A stretch of DNA of 64,000 nt from Candidatus Cloacimonadales bacterium (lineage in GTDB: Bacteria > Cloacimonadota > Cloacimonadia > Cloacimonadales > JAFGVF01): the NCBI GenBank assembly GCA_963662585.1, contig OY759729.1, forward strand, positions 1,536,001-1,600,000. The letters run 5' to 3'. A program made the translations under genes and the position numbers. The notes beneath the pieces are model-generated. The model searched no databases, was not told the origin of the DNA, and worked only from the letters and a program-made list of their open reading frames with translations. Positions 19,627 through 28,795 of the stretch are shown here, one piece after another (within the stretch, counting starts at the first letter, position 1; each line of letters starts with the position of its first letter).

Positions 19627-22600
19627 TTATTTCATAAGAATCATTTTCTTAGTTGAAGTATATTTTCCAGATTTCATTCTATAGAAGAATACACCAGAAG
19701 CAACATTCTTACCATTATCGTCAGTACCATTCCAGACAACAGTGTGAGGACCAGCTACCATGTTTTCATTAACAAGAGCTTTCACTTTTTGACCTCTGAT
19801 ATTGAAGATATCAATAGCTACAGGACCGTTTTCTTTTGTTGAGAAAGCGATTCTAGTTTCAGGGTTGAATGGGTTAGGGTAGTTTCCAATAAGTTGAGAT
19901 ACAGCAGCGATATCAGTAGTATCGTTACCAGTTCCACCAGGAGCATCAATAGCTACATCATCTACCATGAAGATAAATGCGTCATTAGATACACATTGGA
20001 TAGCAACTCTGATATTTTGGTTAGCATAAGCATCTAAACTATAAGAATATTCTGTCCATGTTGTAGGAGCTTCAACATAAGTTCCACCTGAGATTGATGT
20101 AAAGTCATTAGGATTTGTTGATCCGTTAGAAACTAATACATTAAATCTTTCAAGACCATACTGGTCAGTGATTGATTTACCCCAGAAGTTAAATGAACCA
20201 GAAGCACCAAGAGTAAACTCTTGAGTAATCATCCAGTCGTTATTTGTAGGAGTAGTAGAAGCAAAAGCAGCCATATATTTCACACCAGTATGAGCATAAT
20301 AATCTTCAGCTAAAGCTGGAGTAGTCATAGTAGGGTTGAAAACAATGTAAGCTTGAGGAGCTTCAGCATTTTCCCAAGTAGTATTAGTGATTGAATAAGT
20401 ACCTGATAAGTCACCATCGATTAAAGTCCATGGAGCAGCTTCTAAAGCAAAGTCAGGATATGATTCGAAACTATCACTAATAAGGATATTAGAAGTAGCA
20501 AGTTCGAAATCAACTGTTGTAAGTTGAGTTCCAACTACAGTGATATTTTGAGTTGATGAAACATAACCAGCAGCAGAAGCAGTGATACTATATTCACCAG
20601 CAAAAACATCTGTGAATAAGAAGTAACCAGAAGCATCTGTAGTAGTCATAGTTCCGTCTAAATTAACAGAAGCACCATTAATTGGAGCACCTGCTTCAGT
20701 CATAACCATACCATCAACTGTTCCATACATATCTTTCAATAATACATTAGAGAAAGCAGCAGGAGACATATTGTCGTTAGTATAGATAGCTTTAACAGCA
20801 AATTTATATGAACCTGAGCTTAAAGCATCCCAAGTTGCATCTGTGTGTGTTAAATCAGTAATCATGTTAGTTGTAAGAAGAGTCCAGTTAGCTTCATTAC
20901 CTTGATCAGTAGCTAAGAATCTCCAAACTTTATAGCCTAAAAGTTCTCTAGTAGAGATAGTAGAGGCATTAACGATTGGTTCTAAGTTACCACTAACAAG
21001 TTGAGCAGTTTCGTTTGCTTGAGTGTTAGCTTTTTGGATAAGTCTTCTGCCTTCAGTTGAAGCAACTTGAGCACCTCTTGACCATGAAACATAAGCTTGG
21101 ATATTCCAGTTAACATTAATAGTAGTGATATCTGAAAGAACATCCCAATCTGCTTGGTCGTTTAATTTAACCATATCTCCACCAGGAACAGCAGGACCAG
21201 CATCACAACCACCAGGATAACCAGTAGTAGTATTTACATAGTAACCAATATAAAGAGGACCTGCAGCAGGTATAGCTACTGAAGAATCTAATGTATATTC
21301 GTTCCAAGCTTCGTTAACAAAATCTGTAACAGCTTGACTATATAATTCTGTATTACCATCAGCGCCACCATATATTTTTAAAGTATAAGTTGCAGCAGCT
21401 TCTCTTGGGAATATTTTCATTGAATTGATATACATTCCTTGGTAATCAGCTAATTCAGCTTCTGTGTAAAGGTGAGCGAAGTTAAATGTACCAGCACCAC
21501 CAGTACCGATACCATCATTATTTTCTTCTGAAGCTTTAGTAATCCATTCACCAGCACCACCACCACCAGGAACATTCCAAGTGATTACAGCGTCTTCGTC
21601 AACTTGTTCAGCAAGAACAGCTGTTGGAGGTAAAGCAACTTCATTTAAAGTAACATCAAGAGTTACATCAGCAGAAGCATCAACTTCAGAAGTGTAGCCA
21701 GTGAAACCAGCAGCTGTAATGTTAATGTCATACATGCCAACATTAACAGTAATAACAGCAGTACCTGAAGCATCAGTCATTGCATCATACATGTCATATT
21801 CGCCATCAGGATTTGGAGTTTGAGCCATTAATGCGATATTAGCATCAGCAATTGCTCCACCTAAGTTTGAATCAACATTAACTGTGATTTCAGCCATAGC
21901 TGAGTTTTGTAACCAGTTTGAGATAGAAGCATTAGCTTCAGCACCGTTAGTATAAACAGCTTTAACAGCATATTTATAGAAACCAGTAGGAAGAGTTGAC
22001 CAATCTGTATCAGTATAAGTTAAAGCAGTAGTTTCTTCTTCAACTAAAGTCCAGTTAGCCATATTAGCTTCGTCTGCAATTAAGAAACGATATACATTAT
22101 AAGCTTCAAATGCACGAGTGTTATTAGTAGCAACACTCATAGCAGGAGCTTCGTTTGGATTCTTTTTATTTCTAGTAATTCTTGTAACATTAGATGTTCT
22201 TACAGCTTTGCTTACAGAAGTAAGTTCATTAGCTCTGATACTTCTACCACCGATATTAATATTATCGATATATGTAGCATACCATAAACCTTGACCATCA
22301 CCATCAACAAAGTTCCATGCGAATTGAACAGTTTGTCCAGCATAAGCACTTAAGTCAATAACGATAGGAGCATCATAATGATTTTCAGCTGGAGCAAGGT
22401 CAGAAGCATTCCAGATTGGAGTCCAGTTTGTTCCATCAGTTGATACTTTAACATAGTAGCTATCACCATATTCTGAACCATATTGACCGTAGAAATCAAA
22501 AGTTAGGTTTCCAGCAGGACAGTTCATTGAGTTTGTAATTAACCATTCGTCTTGAGCTGCATAATCCCACATAACACCAGCTTGATACATTCCTTCAGTA

Positions 22601-24732
22601 GGAACGATGTCGCCAGTTGAGAAAGTAACAGTTTCATATTGTGCCCAAGATTGAGTTGTATTAGTTACAACAGTAGTCCAGTTTGCAGGAGGGAAAGATT
22701 CTTCAAAGCCTTCTTGAACACTTTCACCAACATTAGGATTAGGAGCATCCCAAGTAACAAGAGCATTATTGCCATCTAAAGTAGCAAGAACATTTGAAGC
22801 AGGGAATAAAGTTTCAGTAACTAAAATAGTACCGAGATCTAAATCAGCTTCAGCAACAACAGCTTGGAAAGCACCAGCTTGGTAACCTTCAGCAGTTGCA
22901 GTACCAGCATAAGTTTGGTTAGTGAATACACCAGCAATAGTGAAGTAACCATTAGCATCAGTGTCAGCTTCGTAGTTTTCATAACCAGTAAGCATAACAT
23001 GAGCTTGGATTCCCATACCAGTATCATTAGTGATAACTTGACCAGAAACTTCTACATTATCAAGCATAGCCATAGTTACATTAACCATAGTTTCTTGATC
23101 TTCCACAACATCAAATGTTGCAGTTCCGTTATTGTATCCGTGTAATGTAGCTGTTAAAGTATAATCTTCAGCTGCAGCAACATAAGGGAATTCAAAGCTA
23201 CCGTCAGCTGTTGACATTGTTTGATAGTTAGTACCATCAATAACAAGGTTAACACCAGCTAAACCAGTTGTACCGTCAGTAACAGTACCAGCAACAGAAC
23301 CCATACCTTCAACGATGAAGTAGAAAGTAGCATTAGGCATGTTAGCAACAGTTGTTCCACCTTCCATAGCATTTGGATCAAAGTCAACAGTATCACTCTG
23401 CCAAGAAATAGTTCTAGCAGTTAAATCTGTAACTGTATTATAGAATTTATCACTTGATGAGTAATATTCTTCATCCATAACTCTTTCAGTAAGAACAACT
23501 AAGTTTCCACCTGCATAGTTATAAGGAGTATCGAATGTGATATTTATTGAGTTTTGTCCCATTGGGAAATCAACAGTACCAGCAAAAACAGCTGTTAATT
23601 CAGAAGCTGGGATATATGTAGATAAATCAGTTTGTGTTGTTTCACCAATCCAGATATTAACAGGCATAGCTGTAAGATCTGTAACGAAGTTGTTATAATA
23701 AGTAAGACCTTGCATTTGGCCACCGATATTTAACTCTTCAGCTAAATAGATAGTTTCTGCAACAGAATTCTTATAGTAGAAGTTCCAAGGATATTGGTTA
23801 GCACTTGTAGTACCATTACCAACAGGAACAGCAACAATTCCGCCACCAGCTTCAGTAGTGAAGCTCCAAACAGGACCATTAACTACTAAATCATTAGCGG
23901 TATTACGAGATTTAACTCTCCAGTAATAAGTTGTAAGATTTTCAAGAGCTGCAGCTTCATAAGAAGTTACATTCTGACCATCAACAACCATAGCACTTGC
24001 AGCCATTGTAGCTACATCAGCAAGAACAGCTGAGAAATAAACATCAACATCAGTTGTGTTTTCGCCTAAAGTCCATTCTAAAGTTGTTGTAGTTGTAACA
24101 TTAACTGCACCATCTAAGGGAGCAACTAAAGTAGCAACACTTGGCTCATTTTCAGCATCAAAAGAAAGTTTTAAATTAGGGAAATAAGTAACATTTGTAC
24201 CATCAACAGCTGGGAATTCTCCATCAGCATATTTATAAGCACCAACATTAGTTCCTAAATCAGTTGTATAGAATCCTGGATAACCCGATACATAAGTACC
24301 ATCCCAGTTTTCCCATACGATTTGAAGATTGTCAGTTCCATTATACTCAAAAGGAGTATCTAACATAACACCTTGCCAGCCACTACCGTCCCAAGTGATT
24401 GCACCGTTATAAACTAAGGTGAAACCAGCAGTTTCAGGATTTGGGTAAGCCACAGGGACTTCAGCATCAGTTGTGTGTTTGAAGTAGATTTTTTGATTTA
24501 ATGTTTCATAACCCGCAGGTGTATTACTTACATTAAATTGAATCTGGTTAAGTTCAACTTCCATACCTATAAGGTCGGCGTCAATGATAAAATTTGACCA
24601 ACTATAATCATAAAAACCATATAATGGCATATAATTCGTAGTGGTGGTTCCGTTTCCAATTTCGATATCCATAGCGAAAATGGATGAAAAAGTCAATAGT
24701 AGTGCCAATAAAATTAGCCCGTTCTTTTTCAT
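19627..24732 (-). CDS. Large acidic secreted/surface protein (1701 aa): repeated beta-sandwich, carboxypeptidase-regulatory-like and two cleaved-adhesin/choice-of-anchor J domains, FlgD-Ig/T9SS-like CTD
   Basis: Signal peptide; two GNGT..Y.P...YY repeats; EGFEESFPP/DSFESYPD adhesin starts; duplicated YKYAVKAVYTN/YKFAVKAIYTN; CTD NYPNPFNPET...KKMILMK. Confidence 0.88.
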   Translation of the reverse strand: MKKNGLILLALLLTFSSIFAMDIEIGNGTTTTNYMPLYGFYDYSWSNFIIDADLIGMEVELNQIQFNVSNTPAGYETLNQKIYFKHTTDAEVPVAYPNPETAGFTLVYNGAITWDGSGWQGVMLDTPFEYNGTDNLQIVWENWDGTYVSGYPGFYTTDLGTNVGAYKYADGEFPAVDGTNVTYFPNLKLSFDAENEPSVATLVAPLDGAVNVTTTTTLEWTLGENTTDVDVYFSAVLADVATMAASAMVVDGQNVTSYEAAALENLTTYYWRVKSRNTANDLVVNGPVWSFTTEAGGGIVAVPVGNGTTSANQYPWNFYYKNSVAETIYLAEELNIGGQMQGLTYYNNFVTDLTAMPVNIWIGETTQTDLSTYIPASELTAVFAGTVDFPMGQNSINITFDTPYNYAGGNLVVLTERVMDEEYYSSSDKFYNTVTDLTARTISWQSDTVDFDPNAMEGGTTVANMPNATFYFIVEGMGSVAGTVTDGTTGLAGVNLVIDGTNYQTMSTADGSFEFPYVAAAEDYTLTATLHGYNNGTATFDVVEDQETMVNVTMAMLDNVEVSGQVITNDTGMGIQAHVMLTGYENYEADTDANGYFTIAGVFTNQTYAGTATAEGYQAGAFQAVVAEADLDLGTILVTETLFPASNVLATLDGNNALVTWDAPNPNVGESVQEGFEESFPPANWTTVVTNTTQSWAQYETVTFSTGDIVPTEGMYQAGVMWDYAAQDEWLITNSMNCPAGNLTFDFYGQYGSEYGDSYYVKVSTDGTNWTPIWNASDLAPAENHYDAPIVIDLSAYAGQTVQFAWNFVDGDGQGLWYATYIDNINIGGRSIRANELTSVSKAVRTSNVTRITRNKKNPNEAPAMSVATNNTRAFEAYNVYRFLIADEANMANWTLVEEETTALTYTDTDWSTLPTGFYKYAVKAVYTNGAEANASISNWLQNSAMAEITVNVDSNLGGAIADANIALMAQTPNPDGEYDMYDAMTDASGTAVITVNVGMYDINITAAGFTGYTSEVDASADVTLDVTLNEVALPPTAVLAEQVDEDAVITWNVPGGGGAGEWITKASEENNDGIGTGGAGTFNFAHLYTEAELADYQGMYINSMKIFPREAAATYTLKIYGGADGNTELYSQAVTDFVNEAWNEYTLDSSVAIPAAGPLYIGYYVNTTTGYPGGCDAGPAVPGGDMVKLNDQADWDVLSDITTINVNWNIQAYVSWSRGAQVASTEGRRLIQKANTQANETAQLVSGNLEPIVNASTISTRELLGYKVWRFLATDQGNEANWTLLTTNMITDLTHTDATWDALSSGSYKFAVKAIYTNDNMSPAAFSNVLLKDMYGTVDGMVMTEAGAPINGASVNLDGTMTTTDASGYFLFTDVFAGEYSITASAAGYVSSTQNITVVGTQLTTVDFELATSNILISDSFESYPDFALEAAPWTLIDGDLSGTYSITNTTWENAEAPQAYIVFNPTMTTPALAEDYYAHTGVKYMAAFASTTPTNNDWMITQEFTLGASGSFNFWGKSITDQYGLERFNVLVSNGSTNPNDFTSISGGTYVEAPTTWTEYSYSLDAYANQNIRVAIQCVSNDAFIFMVDDVAIDAPGGTGNDTTDIAAVSQLIGNYPNPFNPETRIAFSTKENGPVAIDIFNIRGQKVKALVNENMVAGPHTVVWNGTDDNGKNVASGVFFYRMKSGKYTSTKKMILMK

Positions 24733-24879
24733 AACAATATCTCCTTTACTTAAGTGTTTTGTTATTTAGTTAATTTCATGCTTAGTTTATAGCGAATAAA
24801 CTAAGTTATTCATCTAAATCAATCCGCTAATTCAATTCAAGGAATAAGAAATAATCCCTAAATAAAAATTCTATGAACA

Positions 24880-24909
24880 ATTATATTGAAGTAGGGTAAG
24901 ATTTGTCAA
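24880..24909 (-). promoter_or_regulatory. Consensus sigma70 promoter of the 1701-aa gene
   Basis: TTGACA-N18-TATAAT. Confidence 0.75.
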
Positions 24910-25010
24910 TAGCTTTTTTAATTATTTTGATATTTATTACATCTTATAAAGCTAAAGTTATCTGATAAATTCAATTAAGCCCCTACTTGAGTGATAAAGA
25001 AATTTTGAAA

Positions 25011-27278
25011 TTATATCCTATGAACATTATTTATGTAATCAGAATAAAACTCTATTTTGTCTTTTAGAACTTTAGTATCAACAGGTTTGGAGAGGAAGTC
25101 ACTAAAGCCTGCCTCGAGAAAAGCTTCTTTATCCCCTGGCATGGCTTGGGCAGTTAAAGCAATCACGGGAATATTTTTTAGTCTATTATCCTTCCTGATT
25201 AGTTTCACTGTTTCTACACCATCCAAGATTGGCATCTGAATATCCAGAATAACTAAATCAGCCCAATTGCTATCTAAAAAGTCTAGAGCTTCTTCTCCAT
25301 TATTAACAATTGTAAAATCTACATTTATTCTTTTAAAGATATGGAGCATCAATTTCTGATTAATCACATTATCTTCAGCAATCAGTATTTTCATCATATT
25401 TAACTGCTTACTTATTGCAGTTTCCTTATTTATATCACTTAGATTATTCAGAGCGAAAACAGTAATTGGTATCTGAATGGTAAATTTAGCCCCTTTTGCA
25501 AGTTCCGATTCTACAAATATTTTACCATGAAGCATTTCTATAAAATTCTTAGTTATTGCTAAGCCAAGTCCTGTACCTTGCGCCTTTAACTGATGATGAC
25601 TTTCTATCTGTTGGAAATTCTCGAAGATTTTCTCATAATCTTCTGAAGATATACCTATACCAGTATCGATTATTTCAAAGATCATTTGATTATCTTGATA
25701 ATCAACATTTAAAGTAACACCGCCATTATCAGTAAATTTGATAGCGTTATTAATTACATTAGTAAGAATCTGAAATATCTTCTGTTTATCGGAATTAATA
25801 AATTCCGGAACTGTCTCAGACTTGTTAATTTTAAAGTAGAGGCCTTTTTTATGGCTATTATTTTGGAATAAGCCACTAATAACAACTAATAATTTATCTA
25901 TTGAGAAGGTAGCTATTTTAACCTTGATTTTGCCAAACTCAATTTTTGATAGGTCAAGAATATCATTAATAATATTCATTAAATAGCCTGCAGAATCTTT
26001 GATTAGATTTAACTTATCAATTTTAATTTCATCTTTCTCATCCTGAAGAATAACTTCAGTAAAACCAATTATAGCATTCATCGGAGTTCTGATCTCATGA
26101 CTCATATTAGCTAGGAATTGAGATTTAGCTTTATTAGCATTGTGGGCTTGAATAGCTAAATCATTAGCTTTCTTATTACTTTCTAGCAAATTATTTTCTG
26201 TTTCAATCCTCTTTTCGATCTCTTGAGAGAGTAATAGATTATTCTCAGCAATCTCTTCATTCTTTTTTTTCTCTATCTCAAGCTGTGTCTGAACCCTTAA
26301 TTGCTTCATATTAGCGCGGTGGGCATAAAATAAAAGGAGTAGAATGAAGACACTAAAAATAACAAGTCCTATTATTAGCCAACTTGACCATATTTTCCCT
26401 AATAAAAGGTTCTTGGGATAAATTAGTATTATTTCAAGCTCACTATTATTAATAGGGTATCTGCCAATATAAGCAACGGTTTTTTTAGATTTATCTAGAT
26501 TATATAAATTATATTTAGTAGGTGAACTTACTGAGATCATGCTTAGTTCAGGGAAGTGTTTTCGATCATAATCATTAAAAATGAAATTTTCACTTATCTC
26601 ATCTTCATATCCTTTGGCCAAGAGAATTTTCTTGGATCCACCATATTTTCTAAAGACTCCACCCAAAATTATATCATCATTGATTTCAGCAATGAGCATA
26701 CCTTTAAAGACATTATCTTCATAGTATGGGTGAGTAATAAGAAAATAGTAACGCCCTTCGATAAAGAGAACTTTATACTGAGTGCTGTCATGATTGTGTG
26801 AAATATTATCGCGAAAATTTAAAAAATCAATCTGCTTATTAAAGTCAGAATCAGATTCATCAAATATCTTACTGCTGTGGCTATCTACAAAGACTATACG
26901 ACGATATAAATTTATATTATCTATAAATTCTTTTTTTATATGATTCAAAAAAGCTCTTTCTACTTCTTTTTTAGCTGAATCAATAACACTCTGGGAAGAG
27001 TTAGGATCCTCAGAGAGCAAGAAGTAATCTTTTAAAGGAAGATTATTGCTAAATATCTCAATATTATTTTTACATATTATGCTCCAATATTCCAAAGATT
27101 TAGCATCATTCATTACTTGAGAGTTTAGGTCACTAATAGATCTTTCTTCCAGTTCTTTAATTGATTTATATTGAGTTGTCAGGAAAAAAATCATATAACC
27201 GATTAATATTATGAATACGGATATTGTTGTTAAATTTTGTTTATGTTTTTTTAGCATATTACCTTTTAAAATATTCAA
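25011..27278 (-). CDS. Hybrid sensor histidine kinase/response regulator
   Basis: 2 TM plus periplasmic Cache-like region; [31 protein letters not shown]; receiver AEDN..LDIQMP..SKP. Confidence 0.93.
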   Translation of the reverse strand: MNILKGNMLKKHKQNLTTISVFIILIGYMIFFLTTQYKSIKELEERSISDLNSQVMNDAKSLEYWSIICKNNIEIFSNNLPLKDYFLLSEDPNSSQSVIDSAKKEVERAFLNHIKKEFIDNINLYRRIVFVDSHSSKIFDESDSDFNKQIDFLNFRDNISHNHDSTQYKVLFIEGRYYFLITHPYYEDNVFKGMLIAEINDDIILGGVFRKYGGSKKILLAKGYEDEISENFIFNDYDRKHFPELSMISVSSPTKYNLYNLDKSKKTVAYIGRYPINNSELEIILIYPKNLLLGKIWSSWLIIGLVIFSVFILLLLFYAHRANMKQLRVQTQLEIEKKKNEEIAENNLLLSQEIEKRIETENNLLESNKKANDLAIQAHNANKAKSQFLANMSHEIRTPMNAIIGFTEVILQDEKDEIKIDKLNLIKDSAGYLMNIINDILDLSKIEFGKIKVKIATFSIDKLLVVISGLFQNNSHKKGLYFKINKSETVPEFINSDKQKIFQILTNVINNAIKFTDNGGVTLNVDYQDNQMIFEIIDTGIGISSEDYEKIFENFQQIESHHQLKAQGTGLGLAITKNFIEMLHGKIFVESELAKGAKFTIQIPITVFALNNLSDINKETAISKQLNMMKILIAEDNVINQKLMLHIFKRINVDFTIVNNGEEALDFLDSNWADLVILDIQMPILDGVETVKLIRKDNRLKNIPVIALTAQAMPGDKEAFLEAGFSDFLSKPVDTKVLKDKIEFYSDYINNVHRI

Positions 27279-27287
27279 TAGTTATTA

Positions 27288-28052
27288 TTATTGAAAAATA
27301 TCTTTTTTGCTAATTTCACCTTCAACAACTATAACTGAGATATCATCATCAGAATTGTTGTTAAGTGCTTTATTAACTAGATCAATACTCTTATCCCTTA
27401 CTGACTTATCTTCGGAGAGGCTCTTCTCCACATCTCCATCAGTAACAAAATCTGTCAGACCATCTGAGCAAAGAATGAATTGAAAATAATCTTTAAGAAT
27501 ACCTGAATAATAATGAGGTTGAATATTTTCTTTCAACCCTAAAGCTGCAGTGATTATATTTTTATCAATCTGATTAATTATCTCGCCCTTTTTGATTAAT
27601 CCTTCTTTAAAGCGTAGCCACACTCGACTATCTTCATCATTAATTTGTCTAAAACCAATTTTATCTCGCAAGTAAACTCTACTATCTCCCACACTAAATA
27701 CATGGTAGCTATTATCAATAGTTAACAAGCCGACCACAGTGCTAGATAATCGTGGATAATTAGGATTTTGTCGGGAATATTCTAGGATATCGTTATTAAT
27801 CTGGGTTAAAATTTGCCTTAAATACTCTTCAATGTTCTCATAATTATCTCTAAGATTTGAGAATATTTTTTCAAATTTAGTAACAATCATCTTGGAAGCA
27901 ATATCTCCCCCAGCATAGCCTCCAACCCCATCACAAATCATAAATAATGCTGTGTTGAATATATTATTCCTTGATAAACTGAGACTATTGTCTTCGTTTT
28001 TCTCATGTTTTTTACCTTTTTGAGATATCGACCAATATTCAATTTTTAGCAC
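27288..28052 (-). CDS. PP2C-family Ser/Thr protein phosphatase
   Basis: NED, ICDGVGG, VGDSRVY, LCSDGL, DDIS; GTG start with GGAG RBS. Confidence 0.93.
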   Translation of the reverse strand: MLKIEYWSISQKGKKHEKNEDNSLSLSRNNIFNTALFMICDGVGGYAGGDIASKMIVTKFEKIFSNLRDNYENIEEYLRQILTQINNDILEYSRQNPNYPRLSSTVVGLLTIDNSYHVFSVGDSRVYLRDKIGFRQINDEDSRVWLRFKEGLIKKGEIINQIDKNIITAALGLKENIQPHYYSGILKDYFQFILCSDGLTDFVTDGDVEKSLSEDKSVRDKSIDLVNKALNNNSDDDISVIVVEGEISKKDIFQ

Positions 28053-28295
28053 TATTTCTCCTTACCATTTTTAAAAAAATAATTTTAAACTACGACTTAG
28101 CAACATTTTATTTATTTTGAGATTTTTATTTCAACTGAATCAATATTGTTTGATTAGTTTTTCTTGTAAATTTATTTTTTTTTAAAAGTTCTTTTTCCCC
28201 GTAATTAAAAGTTCTAATGATAGAAAATAATATAAATTAATCAAATTTTTAAAATTCTTATTGACAGTATTTTTCCTAACTATATAAAATGTAAG

Positions 28296-28395
28296 TGTAA
28301 TACGAACTTGTGAAAACAGTTCTCCTTAATAATGGGTTGGCATGTAATGGAGGTAAGCGTTAACTAGTAGTTAACGCTTCCTCTTTTTCTTTTTT
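28296..28395 (+). ncRNA. Candidate orphan small RNA (about 100 nt)
   Basis: TTGACA (28261) with TATAAA/TAAAAT -10; GAAA-tetraloop hairpin; CTCCTT tract; strong terminator; no credible ORF. Confidence 0.5.
28350..28395 (+). terminator. Intrinsic terminator with no upstream plus-strand CDS
   Basis: GAGG-T-AAGCGTTAACT-AGT-AGTTAACGCTT-CCTC-TTTTTCTTTTTT. Confidence 0.85.
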
Positions 28396-28795
28396 CCCCC
28401 TGCAATAGAAGTGATAAACTTTTCAAAATTGAGGGAATTATTTCTCCTTTAACGATTTAATCCTACAATATATTTACGCCTAAGATATTATTAGACAAGG
28501 ACTATCGGTATTTTCAGCTAAAATATTATAACTTAATCTTATGAGTTGTTAATAATCTAGACAAACATGATTTAAGCAAAATTTCCATTATTTAATGATT
28601 TAAAACATCTCAATAAAGCATCAGTTACCATTTTATAAATGTGTTGCTTTTTTTCCACATTTCCATTTTTTCAAAAAACTCATCTATTGCCTCTAAATAT
28701 TATATATTCAGCTTATTATCCTCTTTTTCAATTGACTTATTTAAGCACTATTTATTAAATGGCATTAGATTTTGAGGTAAAAAGAGGTTGCATAA

